From positions 248,001-312,000 of the forward strand of contig JAQGDQ010000192.1 in NCBI GenBank assembly GCA_030141605.1: a stretch of DNA of 64,000 nucleotides, given 5' to 3'. The notes beneath the pieces were generated by a model. That model ran no database searches. It saw only the letters and a list, made by a program, of their open reading frames with translations, and had not been told where the DNA came from. Position 1 is the stretch's first letter, and the number at the start of each line of letters is the position of its first letter. The position numbers and the translations under genes were made by a program. This DNA comes from Tubiluchus corallicola. Taxonomy: Eukaryota; Animalia; Priapulida. Shown one piece after another: positions 56,643 to 64,000 of the stretch.

Positions 56643-56790
56643 ATCTCGCAACAGAAATGTCCTGGATAAGCTAAATTAGTGCTAGCTTTGGCGTTGGATC
56701 TAGGATGGACTGATGCGTTGGATATACTGTATTACCAACATTTTTTATCGATGATTTACTCTTTGCAAATAAAGCACATGAATGCATTAA
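56640..56790 (+). other. Probable terminal exon (stop TAA at 56640-56642, 3' UTR, AATAAA at 56768-56773)
   Basis: Strong ctttttgtatttttttcag acceptor immediately followed by TAA, with a canonical poly(A) signal downstream. Confidence 0.45.
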
Positions 56791-57334
56791 AATACCGATT
56801 TTGTTATTTATAATTCACCACTACTTTTAACCACGTGCTTAAACTTTTTGCATGTAATAATTGGATACATTTTCAGCCTTTGTTTGTTCAAGCCTCAATG
56901 ATAGCAAGAAACCGACTCTTGGCCAAGAATAGCAAAACAGAGACATTTCTGCTGTTGCTCCCAATCCTTCCCATCCGAGTTGGTTTATCCTAACTATGTT
57001 TTTAAATCCTTGTCGTTTTGAAATAAACATTACCTGCAAATTCTTTAATATAACAAGACTTATAAGTCAAAAAGGCATAAAAATTTAACAGAATATGAAT
57101 ATGTTATAGTCAATGTGTGAAATCGGGTATTCTATAGAATGCGTGTGCCAAAACAAACAAGATAAACTGTCTAAGATAATTCCTTCTACTCTTTTCCTAG
57201 GCATTATAAACAATGCAAAAGTTTGTCTAGGCGAAGTGCGTAATTCTTACATTTTGAATATACTTTTCCTGGACATTTTATATAATAGCAATTTAATGTT
57301 AGGGAATGTGTGAATTTGAATTCGGTTGGCTGGT

Positions 57335-57510
57335 TGGATGATAGATAGATGGATGGATGGATGGATGGATGGATGGATGGATGGATGGATGGATGGATGG
57401 ATGGATGGATGGATGGATGGGTGGATGGATGGATGAATGGATGGATGGATGGACAGATGGATGGATGGATGGATGGAGGGAGGGAGGGAGGGAGGGAGGG
57501 AGGGGGGGGA
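57335..57510. repeat. (GGAT)n(GGGA)n microsatellite
   Basis: Directly visible. Confidence 0.97.
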
Positions 57511-58500
57511 CAGACAGAGACGGACCGATAGATAGATATATAGACATGTAGATATTTGTAAATTGCGAAAAAATTGTTCTCTACAGATCAAATTTCTACT
57601 ATTAATAACTTCTTCTTCCATGACAACACCAGTCCATAGCCATTTAAACTACGCACAACATGCAAAACTGTATTTACACAACCTCTAAGCCCTGTGTAAA
57701 CTGCAAACAAATTTAAGAATTTTTTTTACGAAAACAGCCTTAAAAAATCCACGTGAATTGCTGAGAACCTTCCTATGCATAAATAGGTTTAAGAAAAAAA
57801 TGTTCTTAAGAACTTTAAAGAAAGACAGGATGATTTTTCATATACTACCTCATTTTCAAGTCTGATAAAAAGTATACATTTTAACACAATTAATACTGCA
57901 AAAAGCGTTTCTGATAATTAAATAATAGATTAAAAACGTAGTTAGCGGCAGATGAGCCCAACTACTGATGACATCACAAACTAACATAATTTTCAACAGC
58001 TATACTATTTCACGAGCGTGTTGCACATGTTTTTCCTAAAGTGAAAATTAAAGTACAGCGCTACTGTATGATATTCAGTGCATTGTACAAAACTGGGCCA
58101 GGTTTAAGATAAAAATTCAAATTTCAAATTTACCGCTGTGCTCGCGCATGAGCTGTCGAACGTGTGCAGTTCGTCATAAACAAACACACACGTTTGTGGT
58201 ACAGCACCTAGCGAATGGCTAAATGCATGTAACAGCGAACTAGTAGCGTGAACGTGAAATTACTGTGATACTGTGCTAATAATTCTTTCACGTAAGTCAT
58301 TTTTGAAAAAATAGTATGTTCGTTTCAAAATTTTAAAGAGTAGATTGTTTTGACCTACAGTTTAAGATGAGTTCAGTTTTGCTTTAATGAATCATCAGGG
58401 TTACTTGATATGGAAAGTGATCCACCTGATTGAACAGCATCTCAGAGATGTGATGTTGAACCAAACACCAGCTTAATGTAGTACGTGGCGTAATCTCGCG

Positions 58501-58746
58501 TTCAGACTAGCGAGTTTTCTCTGGCAAGTAACTGGCAAGCATGTTTATACTAAAGAGGAAAACTTGCTGCGGATTACTCTCCGACAGTAAGCTGGCACTC
58601 TCTTCTCTATACACAGCGAGACGTATCCTGAGCAACTCGCAACAACTGTCGGTGTTTGCAATTTCTGGACGACAATCATTTGCAAGGCACTTTACCTGCG
58701 AGTTTCCTGTCAGAGAAAAACTCGACAGAAAACTTGCTAGTCTGAA
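58501..58746. mobile_element. MITE (possibly PIF/Harbinger-like)
   Basis: TIRs ttcagactagcgagttttct / agaaaacttgctagtctgaa match at 19 of 20 positions. Confidence 0.7.
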
Positions 58747-59224
58747 AAAATCGTTTTATGTATTCTATACAATACCTAGACAATGCACAAAATATCTAAC
58801 AAAAGTTCGCTTCTACACATATTATGTTCATTTTACACATTGCCAAAGTCAATTTACGCATTTTATATAAATCCTAGCTGTTATACAAAACGTCTAGTAA
58901 AGTGTGAAAGAGTTCTGGCAAAAAAATTTATTTCACATTTTTCTCGAAATGCATAGGTGTTATATGAAATGCCTAGGAATTTTATAAAATGTCTGAATTT
59001 TACACTTTGCTTGTAACATGTACATGTATTTTATTCGCAAGAAAAAATTTGGTTGCAAGTTTTATGTTTTATTTTCGTTGAATATTTTAACAATGCGATA
59101 TTTAAAATGGTATTTCATTAACAGCTAAGGAGGATTTTTTCCAAAACTGAGCGAAAAAGGGAGTTATTTTATATTTTTTAAAGATTTAACTTATTTTGTT
59201 TTGCATACATGGCGATATATTAAG

Positions 59225-59420
59225 TTAAGTTAATCTATTCCGCTCCAAAACAGATTTAGGGAATTACATAATTATATGTCAAATTATTTCATACAAACCA
59301 AACGTAGAGCTCATTTCAGTTGTATTAACAAGACTGTCATCAGAAACAAAAATGATTGCAAATTTCGGGCCGACTATAGAGTGATTATTGCTATTAATCA
59401 CAGAAAACGTCCTCTGAAAA
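59225..59420 (-). repeat. ~195-bp dispersed repeat, copy 2
   Basis: Reverse complement of 55292-55488. Confidence 0.9.
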
Positions 59421-59539
59421 TACAACATACAATAAAATACAAAAAATGGTGCAATTAATAGGAGGCGACATACGACCATTACGTCCGCTACATGATGCCT
59501 CTACATTTTAACTTTTGATGTTTCTTTGTCCACTACGGA

Positions 59540-60040
59540 GACAAACAGCCCTTAAACAGCCCTGACTTAAATCCTCTGGGTTTTGGTACATAGGAGAGCC
59601 AATCTCAGCAGGTGTACTGCGCAAAAAATCAAAGATGTAATAGATGTTACTGAATTAAAAAAAAATTATTCAAGACATGGCTAAATTTCAGCAAAATGAT
59701 ATTAATTCAGTGTTCGACAATACAGATCAAGGTTTCTCAATGTAATTGAAATGGAAGGCAGATAGAACAAGTTTTCTAAGTTAAATAACAAAAAATATTA
59801 AACCCGATTTTGTTTTTCATTTAAACAGTAAATTTTGGAAAATTTCTTTGACTTGCCATGAAACACAATTTTAAACATCACATTTGTGAAAAGTTCAGCG
59901 AAAATACAAGTAGGAACTTTTCTTTCCTGTAAAATATACATGTATTCAATGTTATTCCGTTAAATTTTCATGCTTTTTTGGCGCGCAATTTTTATTTTAT
60001 TGAAGAATTGCAGCAAATGTGTTTTCTGGACGACCCTGTA
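59540..60040 (+). mobile_element. Tc1/mariner transposase 3' remnant with right TIR
   Basis: PLNSPDLNPLGFGT*ES..QQVY and RFLNVIEMEG remnants; ends ttttctggacgaccctg|TA. Confidence 0.75.
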
Positions 60041-63000
60041 ATTAACCACGGAATCTTCAGCAAAGATCCGACCTTGCAACGTTTGTGCAGAAGGTGGATA
60101 AAATAAGAGTTCTTTGTGCATGAGAATGTGGATGGAGAGTTTAGTTTTGTATGCAGTTCGGCGTGCTATAACTGGTATTCAAGACTCAACAGCACAGCCT
60201 AGGACGAGTTGTGGCAGGTCCGGATGTAATTTATTACATAGGATAACCTCTAACAAGGGAAAAACGGCTGTAAGTGTGTTAACTTATGGTAACAATATGT
60301 CTGGCAGCTAATTTTCTAATACAAGATGACAATAAATAGGGTCGAAACAGACATACATACACACCGTCAAATCGCGTAAAAAATGTTTCCCAAAATAATT
60401 CACAAATGGCATAATTGCCCAGTATTATAACGATCGAATAATTATATTTTGTATAGCCTAATGGTTTTAACAAACTTCCTAACAACTTTGATATGCAACT
60501 TATGCCTTACTTTCTTTCGCGTTTATGCGTTTTCTTTCGTCATATTTCGACATAATTTCTATATTCATCAGAATTAGAACTGCAACTGACTTCACTTGCT
60601 CTCATTCCGAGTAGATGGCGCTACAACGACGAAAACGATTAGGTTTATAGGTCTTCTTGAACTTGAATGTTATGAAGCTATTAATTTTAACGAAATTTAC
60701 TTTTACCTATGGTTTGTATCAGTTGTGTGAAAATAAACAGGTGTGAGTCAAATAAAAATATAGCCTCAGCAAAAATTATGTTTTATTCAACTTGAAACAT
60801 TATATCTTTCTGTTATTGCACTTTATACATTATAAGTCTAGTTCACAAGTCAGTTTATTTCAAGTAACGATTAAACAATTTCACATTTAAATTTAGCACT
60901 TCAATATCATAATTAAGCATAAGCACAGCATATTAAACCATTATATGACATTTAACCCGTACTACTCCCAGAATTATATTTTATAAATTGTGTAAAAGGC
61001 GTATAATTATAATAATAACTGAAAAGGTAAGCTTGCTATAATAGTAGACGATTCAATTTTATACATGTGTCGTCTTATCAAACTAACCATGGCTTAATCA
61101 TCTCAAATATAATTTGTACAAGGAAGTACTGTTTGTAAACAAAGCTTTAAACTTTTAAGAAAAGACATTTAATTTAATTTAGTACTTGGCTCACGGACCA
61201 TTTTTGGATACCTGTAATTTGTTACAGTTTTTCATCTTGTTGTTGTAGTATTGACAGCATTTCTTACGCGAGAAAAAAATAATTCGCATCATTGACTGAG
61301 AGATTAACTGGTGAAAAGTTTATTTTTCAGCCAGAATTTGAACCGGTGTCTCTCACTTACAGGGCAGAAACTATCAATACAGAACTACCGAGAATTTGTT
61401 CCCATTCTAATCCCTTTATGAAAAACTTCTTAATTTAAATTTGCCATCAAGTCTACGGAATATAAGTAACGCAAACATAGAGGAAAGACCGTGTATATAT
61501 GCATAATTTTGATGAAAAGTAATTAGCTTTACTGTAATGTATTTCTGTGTTAGGCTTATTGTTGTTCTGTGTAATCCAAAAGCTTCGCACTAGGGAGAGC
61601 ATCAGAATTAATTAAGCAATACTGCAAGGACAATACTGATTGGCCACAGATATAAATAACTCCTTAGCACAGTAATAACTACAAAATTAATCTATCCGCC
61701 CTTCTTGAACACAAGCCATGGTAAAGATACAGTTTTGGTCTGTAAACATCAAAGTAACGCGACTTCGTCAAGCTGATGTATGACACAGAACCTCGAATTG
61801 GCTCTTGATCGGTCTGAGTAGGCATACAGCTATCGTAGCAAAAATAAATGACTGGTTGGCAAGATTTCTTTGCCTTCCGAATCCAATTCGTTTAATTGCA
61901 GTACCCGGATCACAATATATTCATGGCTAGTATTACCATCACCACCGTGACATAGTCGCTTAATTGCAAATTTGAGAGTAGTAGAAATAATTGTAGGATG
62001 CACGAACTATATTATTCCCACGGAAGAAAAACGCCAGGAGGCTACAATAAATAAAAAAATCTGACAGATAAGGAGGTGACTAGCAAAGTCCCGTATCCAT
62101 CCTTTTGAAAAAAATTGGGAGTTTACATATCTCGAGGAGGGCTTTACATTGAAAAGCAAGGTATTAGCCAATAAATGCAATTTCATCACTATTTCAACTG
62201 TCTCTTTTACAAGAACTTGCAAACCCTACAGTCTTCCCTTGACAGGGACCTGCAAACATGCTTATCTTCATTTTTGATGGTGCCTGATTGGTTAAGTCAT
62301 GCCATTTGCTCAAATTGTGAAGTTAAATTACACGTAGATTAGTATGATTCTGTTTTTGCAAAAAAATCTTATTACGTTGTAATTAATATTATCATAATGG
62401 TCGTCATTATCATAATAATCTCAACTTGTCATCACCAGTAGCAGCAACAGCAGCAGCACCATCGATCACAATTCATGTCATAATCACTGGCACTATGTCA
62501 TCATCATCATAACTACATTTTTTATTAATGGGCTAGAGATTTTGCCAAGTTAGTTTTTTAAAGATCTATAATTTGAATAGCATTTTAAATTTTGTAAGTT
62601 TTAATTTAAATGAAAGCTTAGGCTTTGAGTTCTTCTTGACTATTTTAATTTCTTCAGAATTTTAATTTTCTCGAAACTTTCAAAAATTGCAAGTTTTTAA
62701 TTTGTGTGATGTGAGATAAATTATATTTTAAAGGGTGGAATACTGATCTTTGTTTGTCTTAGTAATTATAGTAGTTACAGTGGTAGCTAACTGCAGCAGT
62801 TACGTATCTACGAAAAAAAAACTTGCAAACTCACCAAACTAATAGTGGAAGGTATACCAAAGTATACCATCTTCAACTTTTATTGTTCTGTAACATCGCT
62901 CAGATTTCAAACTTTTCTCAAAAAAGGCTTAAAATAAGTGAAACAACCTAGTTATTATTCCTGAACACTTACAAACAAACACAAAGAAGTTATTAGTTGT

Positions 63001-64000
63001 AAAACAAAAACGAAGGTTTCTCTTCAAACTTGTTTACTTTTAGATACGTGACTTTGCAGGTCACCTCATCAGATGTCGAAGATAAATTATGAGTGCTATT
63101 ACTGAATGTCGCTATTATTTTAGTTGTCCCTTGTGAAAAAGAACAGCAGGCCGAAATATAACAACAATTTGATGAAATGGTTAATACACATCACGTGCCA
63201 AGTAGATGGAAATATCATGGTAAAATAAATTAATGAATGCGATGAAGAAAAGTTTTATCATCGAATTTGCTGCTAATTCAATAACGACAATATTAAAGGA
63301 AGTGAATTTATTTGTAATAACTTCCAGAATGTTATTCGAACGGTTACAGTATTGTATAACTTGTCTCACGAGGCAAATCATCAGTCAATTTGTACATGTA
63401 CATTATAAGAAATATACTTAATTTTATTTTATGTAATGAATAGTATTATAAGCCGCAAGCTGTATGAAATGCACGTTGACAGTACCCAAAAAACTGCCAG
63501 TCATTATAGCATGACTTGTGATCATTCACAGCCAGTCGTTACAGCATGAAAACGAGAACCGTAAGACTGATATATTTGTCCTGCAAGTTATCTTAAAAAC
63601 ATTATAATTAATGTACCCTGCAAACAGAAACGACGTGGTAATTATTGTATGGTCAAGAAATTTCTAAAACGTGAAGTTATCTATTGTGTTTCACAGAACG
63701 GTGCTCTGACCGAAGGTAGCAGTCCAGAAGTTTAGCTAAACTTCACGAAATACTCTTCATTTAATAAGAACCTAAGGCGGACACTGTCACAGGCTCCTTA
63801 TTTTGTTGACCATGAAACGGTATTTTCTTTGACGTGTAATCGCGTTCTAGAACTACAGGTTCATGTTATGGGCAATTTAGTGTGAAAGTATCAGTGCAAA
63901 TACAATTATAGATAGTATAAGATTTCAATAAGCCAACAACCGGCGATCAGTGGCATTAACCGTTTTAGGTAACTTTTGGTTGGGTGCTTGCGCAATAAAC

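Noticed and set aside
55140-59458. Two near-identical small ORFs (MSNY.IQ.KRRAHFSC...) as a duplicated gene pair
   Set aside because: The similarity is confined to the inverted repeat, with no splice or coding signature.
60100-64000. Short ORFs at the right end of the window
   Set aside because: Lengths and composition are consistent with chance in AT-rich DNA, and I found no exon chain.

Overview
This is AT-rich, intron- and repeat-rich animal genomic DNA, probably from a marine invertebrate (cnidarian-like is a guess); it is not prokaryotic. Three protein-coding loci can be reconstructed by hand from splice signals. (1) A minus-strand SCUBE-like secreted protein running off the left edge. 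It has eight tandem EGF/cbEGF repeats in phase-1 exons, two alternative signal-peptide first exons (19231-19273 and 11127-11253), and a 642-nt exon encoding an uncharacterised ~210-aa domain that can splice onto the EGF array or read through to a stop. (2) A plus-strand ~112-aa secreted peptide/neuropeptide-precursor-like gene (38719-56642) that the ORF track does not recover as a gene. Its middle is built from six consecutive microexons of 10, 15, 3, 9, 8 and 12 nt. (3) An intronless 270-aa orphan ORF nested antisense in the first intron of gene 2. The remainder is a decayed CR1/L2-type LINE, other LINE and Tc1/mariner remnants, MITEs, foldback-like elements made of inverted 15-bp arrays, intronic minisatellites, microsatellites and one assembly gap. 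All gene models are manual predictions without transcript support.
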